Positions 45,108-57,687 of a DNA stretch of 64,000 bases are shown here, piece after piece. This stretch comes from Schizochytrium sp. TIO01 (lineage: Eukaryota; Protista; Bigyra: Labyrinthulomycetes). How positions within the stretch are numbered: the stretch's first letter is position 1; the number at the start of each line of letters is the position of its first letter. Under the pieces are notes generated by a model. That model saw only the letters and a program-made list of their open reading frames with translations, had not been told where the DNA came from and searched no databases. Both the position numbers and the translations under genes were made by a program. The DNA is taken from positions 3,906,001 through 3,970,000 of the forward strand of contig SMSO01000025.1 of NCBI GenBank assembly GCA_004764695.1, read 5' to 3'.

Positions 45108-46472
45108 ATGCTCGTGGCGTCTCGCGGTGAGCTCAAGCAGGGCTGGAAATACAGCAGCAGGTGGCTCGCGACGGCAGCAAACGATGGCACGAAGCTGAGC
45201 AGTAAAAATAAGAACAACAAGAGTGATACATATGATTGGAATGGGCGTGTTGATCGCACATTCACAAAGAGCATCAAGTATGATCGCTATGCAGAGGACC
45301 GCGACTCGACAAGCATGAAATACAAGGACGTTTTGCCAATGTGGGTAGCAGATATGGACTTTCGCTGCCCAGCACCGATTTTAGAAGCCTTCCATGCTCG
45401 CATTGACCATGGAATCTTTGGATACACTGGGCCTGATTTCCACGTTAAGAATGCGATTCGTGACTACCATGCACGCGTGCATGGACAAGATTGGGTTACC
45501 GCCGAGGACATGGTATTTCTTCCTGGCCTTGTTGTAGGCCTCAATCTGCTTGCTCGCATGGCGGCGCGTAATAATGAGGCTGTAATGGCTGCAACGCCAG
45601 TCTACCCACCATTTCTCACATGCGCCCGTAATGCAGAGACCACTAGCGTGCCAGTGCCGCTAAAGTGGAGCGATAGTATCGGTCATTATTCTTTTGATTT
45701 TGATGCGATGGAGCAGGCTGTAGAAAATAGCAATCAACGCGTTGGAGTCTTCATTCTGTGTAATCCGCACAACCCTGTGGGTCGAGTATACACCCCTGGT
45801 GAGCTTGAAGAACTTTCTCGATTTGCGGAGAGACATAACATCGTGGTGTGTTCTGATGAGATTCATTGCGACCTTCTGCTCGGGGAGCAACATCATACCC
45901 CATTTTCAAAGGCCTTCAGCTCGCGTGAAAAGATGGAGCAACACCTCATCGCTTTCCACTCCCCTAGCAAGACTTACAATCTTGCAGGCTTCTCTACCTC
46001 ATATGCCCTTATCCCTGGCAAGCAGCTGCGTAATTCTTTCAAGCGCGAAATGGCAGGAATTTCCGCAGATATCACAACCCTGGGTTACACTGTTCTGGAG
46101 GAGGCATGCGGAGATAAGGACGGCCGTTTTGAAACTTATCGAAAGGAGCTTGTGGCGCAGCTTGGTGCGAATGTCCAGCACCTTCATAAATTTACAGCGG
46201 AGCACCTCTCTCCGCTGATCAAGTTTGAGCACCCACAGCAGGCAACCTATCTTGCTTGGCTTGATGCACGGCAGCTAGCCACCGCTGCTGGTACATCTAA
46301 TGTTGCTAAATGGCTTGAGGACGAAGCCGGAGTCGGTCTCAATGATGGTGTTCTATTTGGCCCTGACCAAGAATTTCAGGGATACGTTCGCATGAATTTG
46401 GCTTGCCCACGCTCAACACTTGATGAGGCGCTTGGCCGCATCCAGCGTGCTGTGAAGGATTTGCCCAGGTGA
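45108..46472 (+). CDS. patB: PLP-dependent PatB/MalY-family C-S lyase (cystathionine beta-lyase-like)
   Basis: SIKYD, LPMWVADMDF, HGIFGYT, PVYPPF, LCNPHNPVGRV, SDEIHCDL, SPSKTYNLAG (PLP Lys), ATYLAWLD, RMNLACPRSTL. The N-terminal extension resembles a transit peptide. Confidence 0.9.
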   Translation: MLVASRGELKQGWKYSSRWLATAANDGTKLSSKNKNNKSDTYDWNGRVDRTFTKSIKYDRYAEDRDSTSMKYKDVLPMWVADMDFRCPAPILEAFHARIDHGIFGYTGPDFHVKNAIRDYHARVHGQDWVTAEDMVFLPGLVVGLNLLARMAARNNEAVMAATPVYPPFLTCARNAETTSVPVPLKWSDSIGHYSFDFDAMEQAVENSNQRVGVFILCNPHNPVGRVYTPGELEELSRFAERHNIVVCSDEIHCDLLLGEQHHTPFSKAFSSREKMEQHLIAFHSPSKTYNLAGFSTSYALIPGKQLRNSFKREMAGISADITTLGYTVLEEACGDKDGRFETYRKELVAQLGANVQHLHKFTAEHLSPLIKFEHPQQATYLAWLDARQLATAAGTSNVAKWLEDEAGVGLNDGVLFGPDQEFQGYVRMNLACPRSTLDEALGRIQRAVKDLPR

Positions 46473-47252
46473 GGTACCTGGACATGAAGTCAGCTTTCAA
46501 GTATACAACCCGTGCTAGAACTAAATTGTGGGTATTGACCAATCTATTTGACGGTTATTATCGCACATTCCACACACAAAAAATTACAAGGTCATTTGGA
46601 TAGCAAAATATTTTGATAGAATACTGATAGATATTACAAAACGGCTTTAATTGATACTCTTGGCTTATCACATAAAAGTGTTAAAATAATCTCTAAATCT
46701 TCAAATGGCTAGTTCTGTTAGCTTGAACACTACTTCGCATTTGCAATTATCTTTGCAGCAATTATTATGGTAGGTATTTAGAAGCCTCTTCTTTGTTGTT
46801 TCAAAAGTTAGTTTAAATAATTTTAGTAATTGGGGATAGATTGAAATATTCAGACCGCTAGAATTGTATCTTGTAAAATTCCGTTTAGTGTACACTTTGA
46901 GTCTTGGCAGCCCTAGATGCAAATTTTTGGTACGACAGACCATGTGTTTTGCACACACGAAAATAAATCAAACTGACGTATTCAATGAAAGGCTGCTCTT
47001 ATTACCAACGCTAATTGCAGGCATATTCGCTACAATAACACAAAGTTATTAAACAATCGCAACAATAACAAAATAATCGAATGAGAATTGCATATTTAGG
47101 GATTCTGTATATCATTTTCTTTGAACAATACAAACATTATCAGCAAGCATGCTATGAAGTGGACCGATGGGACGTCCAAAGAAATGAAAATATCAAATAT
47201 AACGGTACAGGAATTGTGGGTGACAGGACATGTGTTTCCGTGCTCACTTTCA

Positions 47253-48281
47253 CTAGAGCTGCTCTGCCAAAATTTCAGGAATCAATGTGTTTGTGGGCTT
47301 GCAAAGGTGCGAACTTGAGGCGTCAGCATCGTATCGCACCGCACCGGCTCCCGGGATATATGTGGCGTCCGGAAGCGCCGAAGCTGCCTTGCCAACAATA
47401 ATGGTTGCAGGTGACTTTATGGCGATTGCACGGCACTGCGTAGCAATATCGGAGAGTGTGCCTCGAACAACACGCTGGCCAGGTAGAGTGGCACGCTCAA
47501 CAACTGCAACCGGGGTAGACGCAGGATATGAGCAACGTGTCTGAAGACGGTCAATGAGTGATTCCATGCGCGAGACTGCCATGAGAAAAACTGCAGTGCG
47601 GCTTTCGTCGAATGGAGCTGGTTGCCGCGGCACGGAGTCGTACTTGCCGTGGCCAGTAGCCACAACCACCTGATCTGCTACTCCACGCGTTGTGACCGCA
47701 AGACCAGCAGCAAGGGGAGCAGCAAAGGCGCTTGAGATACCGGGGATTACGTCAATCGTAAAGCCATGTTTCTGCACCACCTCAACCTCTTCACCTCCTC
47801 GGCCAAATAGGAAGGGGTCGCCACCCTTGAGTCGCGCAACGTCGTACCCCTGTTCGAGAAATTGGATCATCCATTGGTGGAGTTCGTTTTGTGCAAAGTT
47901 TGCGCACCCTTTGGCTTTTCTGGACCTCACCACGCGGCCTCTTACGAGCGCCACTATGGGCTCTGGAACGAGCTGATCGACAATGACAACGTCAGCTTCA
48001 GCCAGGGCCCTTCGTGCCGCCATGGTGAGGAGTGCAGGGTCTCCAGGCCCGGCTCCGACAAGTCTGCAACGAGGCTTGACGAGTCCACATCTTCTAAGCA
48101 CAATAGCTTGAGCTCGAAGAAGCCATCCGAGGCGCTCAAGGTGGACTCCAAGCACCACAAGAGCAATGGCAGATGTCATAAATACGAGGTTCGACGATGA
48201 TGCCGGTGGCCACCACCACAACGTCGTGGATGCCCACATGCTTGCATCTCCGAATGACTCTTGAAGGGTTTCAACCGTCAT
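47253..48281 (-). CDS. Uroporphyrinogen-III C-methyltransferase (SUMT; CobA/CysG-A/Met1 type) for siroheme synthesis
   Basis: LVGAGPGDPALLT, ADVVIVDQLV, ARLKGGDPFLFGRGGEE, IPGISSAFAAP, VFLMAV, PVAVVERAT, SPATIIVG; hydrophobic N-terminal extension. Confidence 0.92.
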   Translation of the reverse strand: MTVETLQESFGDASMWASTTLWWWPPASSSNLVFMTSAIALVVLGVHLERLGWLLRAQAIVLRRCGLVKPRCRLVGAGPGDPALLTMAARRALAEADVVIVDQLVPEPIVALVRGRVVRSRKAKGCANFAQNELHQWMIQFLEQGYDVARLKGGDPFLFGRGGEEVEVVQKHGFTIDVIPGISSAFAAPLAAGLAVTTRGVADQVVVATGHGKYDSVPRQPAPFDESRTAVFLMAVSRMESLIDRLQTRCSYPASTPVAVVERATLPGQRVVRGTLSDIATQCRAIAIKSPATIIVGKAASALPDATYIPGAGAVRYDADASSSHLCKPTNTLIPEILAEQL

Positions 48282-51200
48282 TCTGTAGTATATTCTCGTC
48301 AGCGACTGTGGTCAAAGGCGAGCAATAGAGAAGAAGAGGTCTTCTGGAGCTGGCCCTGCCGCCTTGGTTTCTAGCACAGAGTTCTTGGAGTTCGTGGATG
48401 CGTCTTGGCAGCTTGCTTAACTTACGTGTACCCTGCTTGCTCGTCTCGATTCTGCGTGCAGGTAGCAGCGTGCGTGCAGTATCGCTGAGATAGGCTCACG
48501 TCACGGGCCAGAGCAAAGGGGGCTGTCGGCTGCAGGTTTGCCGGCGCCCGAAACACAAGATTGGCTGCGCTCTGTTTTCCTTCGACCAGGCAAGTGAAGC
48601 GAAAAGCAGAACAGTACTTATTGTGCTATTGGTTCTTCTTCTTTTTCCTTTGCGATGTTTTGCTTTCAAGTTGATTCTCTTCAAGTTTTATTATTATTAT
48701 TATTATTATATATTATTTTTAATGAACGCTGAAGATTTCCTCAATTACTTTAATTCGGATTATAGTTTTTTTGTTTCTTTTTTGTTTCCTTTTTTAATAA
48801 TAAATAACATAAATAACAATAACAAATCAAAACAACACAAAACAATTTTCCTTTGTCCAAAATATAAATGAAAATGACACCACGATTCTTAAACTTTTGA
48901 ACATTTTAAATCAAGGCGATCACTTCTGCACGGAGAAGAGTAAACACTGAAGTGAAAACGAGGGCATCATCATCATCACAGATTGATTGATTGATGAATC
49001 CGACGTGCGTTTCTCCTGATCCTAATAAGCTGCCTCGTGGGCGCTCGAGGTGAGCGCCGGAGCTGCTCGGAGTGCGGAGAACTCATCATCGGCGGCGCTC
49101 GCTCGGGCACGCGAGCCCGAAGACAAGAGACAAAGACCCTGTAAATGTGCGGGAGTGACCCATAACTTTCTGAAGAAGTGGTAAACTAAAACTGCCTACC
49201 ACGCGAGCAGTCGCTACGGGTTTCGAGCGCTCGCTCGGCAAATTAGCTTCTCCAGACTCGCCTACTTGCTTTTCGCGGAGCCCAGAAACAAAGCTAGACA
49301 ACCACAGACGGGAGTCTCCCGGCCTTGGCAACAGCTCTCTCCTTCCTGTCCGCGAGCAGAGCGTCGATTGAGAGGGAGGGTGAGTGTGGGAACGACTGTG
49401 GGAGGGAGGGGTCACCATCCTTGCACGAAACGGGCCTTTAGGCTGCTGCCTCGGCAGGTGAGCAAGTAAGTCAGTACCTGCCTCCGCTTGGGCTCTTCTT
49501 CGAAAAGGAATGAGATATTCCTCCTCTTTACAGCAACTGGCTTCCATACAGAGAGAGAGAGAGAAGACGCTGCAACGCCATAGAAACATTGCGCTCACCT
49601 GGCAGTCCCTCTAAAAAGAAAACTAGCGCCCTACTATTGTCTGTGTTGGCAGCTTGGAGGCTTTCGAGGCCTTGGCAGTTTGTTGCAGCTGTTGAAAGGT
49701 GACAGTATGTGACATTACAAATTAAAATACAGCAGCTCCCAGCGGCGTTGAAGCGAGAGTCTCCCTCTCACGGAACTGCTCGAGACAGGATCAGCGTTTT
49801 GTTTGGAGATCCGGCGCAGTCAGACTTTCAAGGGAGGTGATAAGTGGCGGCAAATCACGAGGAAGGTGGCATGGAGGGCTCATGGCTCAGCTGCCTTTCT
49901 CGCTCTGTAGACAGCCGATGCTGCAGCGTCGACTTTAAGGATTCGAGCCTCGGGCGTGTTTTCAAGACAGAACGTGAGAAAGTTGAAAGTCTGAATGATA
50001 CAGGGAATTCTGGGGTTCCTTTCATGGAGTGGCATCTCTATCTCTTCCCGTGCCATAGTAGTAGAGTATTGGGAGAGATAGTCTGCGGACCGTTTCTTTG
50101 CGCTCCGTTTTTGCTGTTATTACTGTCGTCGTGTAAAGCTACGGTTGAGTATATCATTTCAAAATTCTCTGTCTCATCCAGACTAGTGCTAGTGGCCTAA
50201 ATACGATGTCTTTTGTCTTGAGGGCATAAAGGACACCGAATATGCAGAGGGCTCTGATCCCTCGCTTTCCAAGTTAGTGGCAGAGCTTAGTATCTCACTT
50301 CCACTTATGGAGGTAGGACGTGGTGTTTGGGCAGTGCACAGAGCTTTACAGGAAGAATGAATGGATGAATGAATGAATGAATGAAAGAGAGACAATATTT
50401 CCTATCTGCTAGCCATTCTAATGCTTTCGAGCCCCACCTTACAGCAATAGCTGCAACCACTACCTATAAGCCACTTTATCTTTTAGAACCTACTATTACT
50501 TAGTAAAGCAATCTTAACCGACACTGCTGGCGAATAGGAAGAAGCAGTCAGTATCAGCCACTATCTGTTTTCCCATAGTACCCTGAACAGGCAGAACTGT
50601 GTGAGAGCCTGCTCAGTCGACGAAGGTGCTGGTGACTGTGCCTCTGTACCCATTTCCAAGAACCCAAAACAGAACAAAGTCGCCATGCGGTATCCTGTAA
50701 GCTCATATGACCCTTGCCTAATAACTCTTCAATGGGGTCTCGTGTTTCAAAGTACTCGGTACTTGAATCGAGGAGAACAGGTTTTTCTGTTTTTTGTTTT
50801 TGTTTTGTTTTTTAAATTGAAAGTGTAGAAGATCGAGAGCGTCGTTAATAGGGAGGATACTTATCTCTCTCGAATTCCAAGAAGGAGGAGGACGCGTTCA
50901 GGCGATTTAAACAGGCACGTGGGGCAGTCCTGGCGTCGCCAGATCTTCGTGCAAACAAGGCCATTCCACAGTGCTGAAGCACGCCCCACAGCATCGAGAT
51001 CACCTCTCATCGAGCGGAGGTATCTGTGGAGAGGAGGCATTTTTAATGGAGGAGACGCTGGCAATCCGTCTGATGAGGTCTCTGGAGGTCACTGTGGGCT
51101 AGGCTTTTGATTGACTCGCTTCTGTAAGATCAGCTAACAGGGCGACCTTGACTGTTCGCACTTTTAATTTTAACAAAGAATTGAAAATAGTTCTTCTTCT

Positions 51201-52205
51201 TCTTCTTCCTTTTTAAAAACAGTATGTTGAATTAAACATGTTTATATAAATATGAGTTGTAAATAGAGTGAAACAATATTTTTAAACTTAGTATAAGGAC
51301 TTTTCCTCAACATTATAATTGTCTGCACTTGGTGAAACACCAGTGGTTCGATTTCACTTTGGTTTTCTCCTGCATCTGATATACATGTGTCCAAGGACCC
51401 GACAGAGCAAGCCTTCTCAGGCTACCTCTTCTCCACCTATTAAAGCGGTATTAAATGTCTTCTTATCAAAGCCCGGCACTGTCAGCAAAGAATCATTGAT
51501 GTTTATCATATGATGTCTATCTATTTTGTTGATTTGTCATTGAGAAATAATCTTTCGTTTTCCTCATCACTAGCCTTCCAACTAGCTAGTATCACTCCTA
51601 GTGTGCGCATAACTAGTGCTACCACGAGACGCCTGAGACTGCAATTTTGCAGATGACGCAGAGTGTGGAAGCAAGTTATCCGAGCAGCCGAAGCAAACGC
51701 CTCCGAGACTCGAGGAAGACAGCGCAGAGCGGCTAGAAGCCGGTGGCTGCAGGTTTGTTTAAGCAGCAAGTGCATACGGGTCCACAGGATCTCGTTAGCT
51801 CCTCAGCCACTGCTTTTGTGGCCCTCTTCTGCAAAACGTATGCTTGATTGGACGGTGGTCTCTATGATTACCACGAGGATTATAGATGCAATAACGTCTG
51901 CACAGTATTGTTATTCTTATTATTACTATTAAATAAATAAAAAAGAAAGTTTAAGTTTAAGTTAAGTTAAGTTAAAGCAATATTCTTATTTTATTTTTTA
52001 AAAATATAATATTCATTTCATATTTAAGAAATGAAGTATGAAAACGTTTTAGATTCATTGACGTTTCTCCTGGATTTAGAATAAAAGGAGGACCAGGTAC
52101 TACTACCTACTGCTACCTGGTTGTGGTAAGTGCTGTTTGACGCGAACGGCGAGTCAGATGGATCTTCAAGATTGCTGAGAACATTTGATTGGTGGCTATT
52201 ATGCT

Positions 52206-52250
52206 TCTTCTGATTCTGCTTCTGCTTCTGCTTCTGCTTCTGCTTCTGCT
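52206..52250. repeat. (CTTCTG)n hexanucleotide microsatellite
   Basis: Directly visible. Confidence 0.85.
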
Positions 52251-53672
52251 GCCAAGCCATCGCGACGCGCATTGGGCAGAATCGAGGATCGAAGGGAGTG
52301 CTGCGACGCGTGGCCTGATCATCTTTCTGTTTCTTCCAAGCGGCTGCTAGAGAGGGAGTGAGCCAGTCCGCCAATCACAGGAATGAGCCTTGAATCATCA
52401 TCGCTGAGGCGGCTCGAGCCGAGCTGTTTCAAAGGCAGATCCTGCGGAAGAGAGCCTGGCCAGCCCGTGCCTCCTTTTCCTTTCATCTGCGCGAAGATCT
52501 CTTTCTTCTGCTCCCTCTCCGTGCTCTTCCGTAATGGATGGGTATTCAGGTAGGTATTAGGCATTCACTCTCTCTCTCTTTGATGCTGCGTGTCGCTGCT
52601 TTAGCTCTCGAGTTTGTGAGGCTGCCTTGTCGCTTTGATATTCAGCGGCTGCGATCATGCATGCATAGTCAAGATCGCGTGAGCCAGCTTTCGCTTTCTG
52701 TGCTTGAGCTCATATGGGGTATTCGTGTATTCATGTGTTTATGCATGCATGCATGCATGCATGAAGAATGGATCTTCGTCTAAGCAGTCGTCGATGGCTG
52801 CGTTTTCCATGGATGGTTTGAGTGAGGCGGCGCCTTCCTGAGAAGCTCGATAGCTAATGATCCATTGCGGAGGATGGGCGCCTGGATTCCGACTATCGAG
52901 ACCACGGTGAGATCCCTGCTCGGCAACTGCGAAATGAGCTCTCGCCATCTCCGATGGGTTCCATGAATGGTTGGTTTCTAGCTTGTCGATTTATGGATTT
53001 ATGAAACGATTAGGATTCTTGAATCCTGGTTTGTGGTTCGTGGTGGCAGGGCACGATCCACTTGAGCCGCAGCAGTCTTCGAGGAGTTAAAAAATGTAGA
53101 CAGTGCTTGCTGCAGATAATTGTTCGATTGTTCAATCACGCTGGCGACGTTTCGCCCTGAAGAACCTGTGTCGGGACTAGCGGGCTTCGGAGTCGTCCTC
53201 TGCCTCTGCCTCTGTGTCTTCGCGCGCATGAGTTGCGGCGATGCAGCACAGGCATTCTCTCTTAAGCTCTGCTTCCAGCGGCTTCAAATGAAAAGATACA
53301 CCGCTCATAAAGTATCACTCAGCTTAGAGACCAACTCGAAGTTACACTCGTTTATGCTATCGATTAATTAATCTTGAAGTCTCCAGGCTTGCTTTTCAAA
53401 GAAGGCACCTCTCCTTCTGTATATCAGAACTTCTCAAGTGACGCTTTTCTAGTGCGTTCTTTCGTGTTACTGGTTGATAGAGAATTTGTTTGAGAGCCGG
53501 AGCCTATGAAGGGCCTATGCGCTGCTAGCGCAGTGAGTCTCGGTTGAACGATATACCACAAGAGAACTTGAAGAACGAACACGCGCCACTTCCTGCTACT
53601 TCTGCTACAACCTTTGTACTATGGTTCGTCCATCATAGTTTGTTTGGCATTGTTGTTCTTGCTTCCGGTGAA

Positions 53673-53694
53673 TAGGTAGGTAGGTAGGTAGGTA
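53673..53694. repeat. (TAGG)n microsatellite
   Basis: taggtaggtaggtaggtaggta. Confidence 0.85.
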
Positions 53695-54802
53695 TGGTAA
53701 GGAGGGAGTCAAGGTAGGTAATGGAGTGAGATCTAACAGGCAGTTGCGCCAAGTCGGGACATGCGCCTTCCGAGCGGCTCCCTTCCAATCAGAGCTAGCA
53801 GCTTTCTATAACTGATAAAAATGTGGTTACTGGCATCTAGTTCACACCAAGCCCCTGAAAGCTATAGCTTTACACCAGAGCTCACTTCTTCCATTGACTG
53901 CTCGTAGGCAGCTTTTGCGGACCATAAATTTGGCTCATTTAGGCCGACACTTTTGGAGCTTTTGAAAAACTATTTTATTTTTTAATTAAATAAAGAAAAC
54001 TTTATATTGTGTATCACTTATATTCTTACCCTTATACAGGCAGTTAGCTATAACGTGCAACCCTGATGGTGCTTATTTCCTCCTGGTATCCGCTTCTTAG
54101 TCAGTTAGTTTGCTTGTTTGTTTGTTGTTGCCAAGCCCGTACTTAAAGAGAAGTTCGCCTGGTTTAGTTTGGTTTGTTATTCCTTCTTCTTTAAAAGCAA
54201 AAGAATCTCAAGAATTAAATTTGAGAAAAAAACAAAGTAATGTTTGTATGTCTCAAGTAAAGGAAAGGAAAGAAAACGAATAAGAACTCGATATCAGGAG
54301 TGCTTAGTTACTTCGCCAAGAAAGGTCGACCAAAGAGAGACAAAGGAGATCTACACCAGCAAAGGCTCGGAATCGCCCATGATCAGAGGGTGGCGACGCC
54401 TGGTCTTTGTTGGGCCACATATAGCAGCAGCAAATGCTGACCTCTTGACCCTCCCTCCTTTTGACCGCTGCCCAAGTTTAAGAATGAATGAGTGAGTGCA
54501 TGAATGTGCGTTGCGGTCGACGAAAGCAAAGGCTGTCCTGCTCGAAGATCGCAAGGTGCTGCACGAGCCGCGTCCACGCCCGAACCTGCTCCTCGGAGTC
54601 CTTCCCTCGCCGCCCGCTGCTCGTCGGCCAGGCCCTCGCCGAGAGTTCGAAGGCCTCGCAAGATCTGGATGCGAAACCAAGACTCGGCAGACTCGAGGTG
54701 CTCTTGAGACCCTGCGCAAAAGATAAGAGGCCGGCGCTACATTTAGAGGCGATAGCGCGAATAAGAGACAGACTGGCAAATGTGAGGAGCTGTAGCGAAT
54801 AC

Positions 54803-54847
54803 TTGTTTGTTTGATTGTTTGATTGTTTGATTGTTTGATTGTTTGTT
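54803..54847. repeat. (TTTGATTG)n repeat
   Basis: Directly visible; the complementary motif (CAATCAAA) occurs near 36536-36566. Confidence 0.75.
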
Positions 54848-56085
54848 TTACTCAGCTTCAAGCTGGCTTTGGCGGAGTTTTTTGATTTCGAAAAATTACA
54901 AAGGGGCAAAAGCAAGTGAGTAATAACGGGCCGTGATTGCGGCTGCGGTTCGATAGAGCCAATGTTCTCATCTTCAACAGCAAGGTCGTGTAAACAAGCG
55001 AGAGGTTGATGCAACCACTGGCCTGAATGCAACCCCTGTGCTTGGAAATGGTTGCAAGCCTACCTTGGAATTTCTTCGATGCGATGCGAAATCATCAACA
55101 CGTTTTGATTTGAGGCTGTCGATATGCCTTTCAATTTTCCTTCTTTTCTTAATTGCTTCCTAACTTTCGAATTCCAGTGAGACTGTTTTTAACTCTGTTT
55201 TAAAACTAAATCGGCGTGCGACCCTCGCAAGATAAATTCAACCTCGAATTCCCTAATCTTACATCACGGTCACGCGACAAGAGTGTGGCACGAGCCCGGA
55301 TTGCGCCCGAGCAAAACAGAGCGTCGTGTTTTGTGGAAAACAAAACAAAGCAAAGCAAAGCAAAGAAGGCAAAGTAAAGCAAAGCAATCAAATTACCGCT
55401 TATCCAGATCTTTGGCTTCGTGCACCGGCATTCTACTCGTCACCCGTCAATCGATCGACTCGTCATACAAATTAGTGCGTACTAATAAGTATTTGTTTTC
55501 ACTTTTTCTTTTTAATTAAAAAATAAATTTTAAAAATGGGTTAGCATGATATAAAATTTTGATATTTTAATATTTGTTTTTTCCTCAGATTACATACTTC
55601 TAAAAGTTTTATGTTTTCTTTCAAAGTGAGGTGAAATGGAGTAGAGAGAACTTCAAGTCTTTGTCTTTTCGAAAACAATAATTTTGACTTCCCTGTGATT
55701 CAGCCATTGTGTCCCATGCTAAAATTGATCATTGGTAAAGGGGGACTAAGGAGACTCCAGGGAGAGAACTTGAGAACCAACTGCATAAGTGATTATTACT
55801 CCAGAGTGAGTTTGAAAACAAACAAAGAAATAGACAAACAAACGAGAGAGCAAAACATAAGAGAATAACGCAAAAGCGCGAAAGAACCGTCGCGGGATCG
55901 GCCAACGAGTCGATCGAGCAGCAGAACTCCTTGAAGCAAACCCGAAACTTGGCCAGCAGCAGCACAACCCCTAAAAGCATACAAACATTTGTCTCGAAAG
56001 ACATCAAGTAGTCTACCACCTTCTCAAGAGATCAAGACATTGCTGAGCCAAGAACAAGAAACCTCCCGCCGCTTTAAATTCAAAA

Positions 56086-57687
56086 ATGGGTTGCAAAGTT
56101 GGCGCCACTGGCGGTATCTCTCGTGATATTCGCAATCAAGAGTACAATGGTGTACCCCTCGATGAGTATGGCCGCACCACGGAGTTTCGCGTGTTTTCCT
56201 GCATGCGCCCCTGGTACCGCGCCTTCCATGCCTCCTGGGTGTCGTTCTTTGTTGCCTTTTGTGGTTGGTTTGCCATTGTACCTGCGCTAGAGTACATGGT
56301 TGCTGACGACAGCAATGATATCACCAGTTCTGTGCAAAAGACCTCAAACATTGTCTCTGTGCTTGGTACGATTTTCATCCGCTTTGCCTTGGGCCCCATC
56401 TGCGAACGCTTTGGTCCTCGTCGGCCGCAAGGTATCCTTCTGATTGGCGGCGGTATCCTCGTCTGCTTTTCGTCCATGATTAAGTCTGCTACTGGCCTCT
56501 ACGCTCTCCGCTTCTTCATTGGTATCGTTGGTGGTGCATTTGTGCCATGCCAGTACTGGACAACAATGATGTTTGGTACACGTGTGGTGGGTACTGCCAA
56601 CGCATTTGCTGGTGGCTGGGGTAACCTCGGTGGTGGCTTTGCCATGTTCTTTGTAGCTTCAATCATCAAGTCTATTCGCCACAACGGTGTTGCAGATGAG
56701 ACTGCCTGGCGCTACGCTATGCTCGTCCCTGGTCTCATCATGATTGCTGTTGCCATTCCTATGCTTCTCATCAGCGATGACTGCCCGCAAGGCAAGTGGA
56801 ACGATCGCCTCTACAACGACCCGTCCGCAGAAAACTTGATTGAGGGGGGGGATATTGAGAAGAAGGATGATACCAAGCCTGTTAAGAAAGCAACCAACCT
56901 TGAGGTTGTCCTTGACTACCGTGTCTGGATTATGGCTGCAATTTATGCCTCTTGCTTTGGCGTTGAGCTTGCACTTAACAACTCTCTCTCTAGCTTCCTG
57001 TATCGTTACTTCAACACTGATATTGAAGGCTGCACTGACCTCGCTGTTCAGACCGCCACTTCATACCCGGCAGCATGCTCTACCCTTGGAAAGGACACTG
57101 CTTCGCAAATCTCCTCTCTCTTTGGACTCATGAACCTTTTTGCCCGCGCTCTTGGCGGCATCTGCAGTGATTTTGCTTTCCACCGTGTCGGTATGCGTGG
57201 TCGCCTCGCCGTGCTCTTTGTTTGCCTTATTGGTGAGGCCACGATGCTTTTGATCTTTAGCCGGCTTACGGAGGTCCCTTCTGCCATCGCTGTCCTCATT
57301 CTTTTCAGCACCTTTGTGCAAGCAAGTGAGGGTGCAACCTTTGCAATTGTGCCTTTTATTAACGTTGGCAACATTGGTGTCGTTGCTGGCATTGTTGGCG
57401 CTGGTGGTAACATTGGTGCTGTTTCCTGGTCCACCATGTTCAAGAGCATTGACAGCCAACGCACGAGTTACCTCTATCTGGCCTTTATTATCTTTGGTAT
57501 CTCTGCCCTTATCACCACAGTTCATGTTCAGGGCACTTGGATCCTTGGTTGCCAGTCAAAGAATTCTTCTGAGGCCGAGACTGCTTCTGAGTACTCTGAG
57601 GACTTCTCCCACCATGACACAGACCTCATTGAGAGCAACGGAGAGAAGGTCACCACGAAGGGTATTGCGCCCATCACCAAGGTTTAA
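56086..57687 (+). CDS. NRT2: High-affinity nitrate/nitrite transporter (NRT2, MFS NNP family)
   Basis: RAFHASWVSFFVAFCGWFAI, GPICERFGPR, RFFIG, FVPCQYWT, nitrate signature ANAFAGGWGNLGGG, FGVEL, GLMNLFARALGG, EGATFAIVPF, GIVGAGGNIG; about 12 TM segments. Confidence 0.96.
   Translation: MGCKVGATGGISRDIRNQEYNGVPLDEYGRTTEFRVFSCMRPWYRAFHASWVSFFVAFCGWFAIVPALEYMVADDSNDITSSVQKTSNIVSVLGTIFIRFALGPICERFGPRRPQGILLIGGGILVCFSSMIKSATGLYALRFFIGIVGGAFVPCQYWTTMMFGTRVVGTANAFAGGWGNLGGGFAMFFVASIIKSIRHNGVADETAWRYAMLVPGLIMIAVAIPMLLISDDCPQGKWNDRLYNDPSAENLIEGGDIEKKDDTKPVKKATNLEVVLDYRVWIMAAIYASCFGVELALNNSLSSFLYRYFNTDIEGCTDLAVQTATSYPAACSTLGKDTASQISSLFGLMNLFARALGGICSDFAFHRVGMRGRLAVLFVCLIGEATMLLIFSRLTEVPSAIAVLILFSTFVQASEGATFAIVPFINVGNIGVVAGIVGAGGNIGAVSWSTMFKSIDSQRTSYLYLAFIIFGISALITTVHVQGTWILGCQSKNSSEAETASEYSEDFSHHDTDLIESNGEKVTTKGIAPITKV

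Noticed and set aside
51320-51360. GGTTCGATT resembling a tRNA T-loop/B-box
   Set aside because: No cloverleaf, acceptor stem or D-arm could be built around it.
53673-53694. (TAGG)n as an interstitial telomere
   Set aside because: Only about five 4-bp units and not a TTAGG/TTAGGG repeat; ordinary microsatellite.
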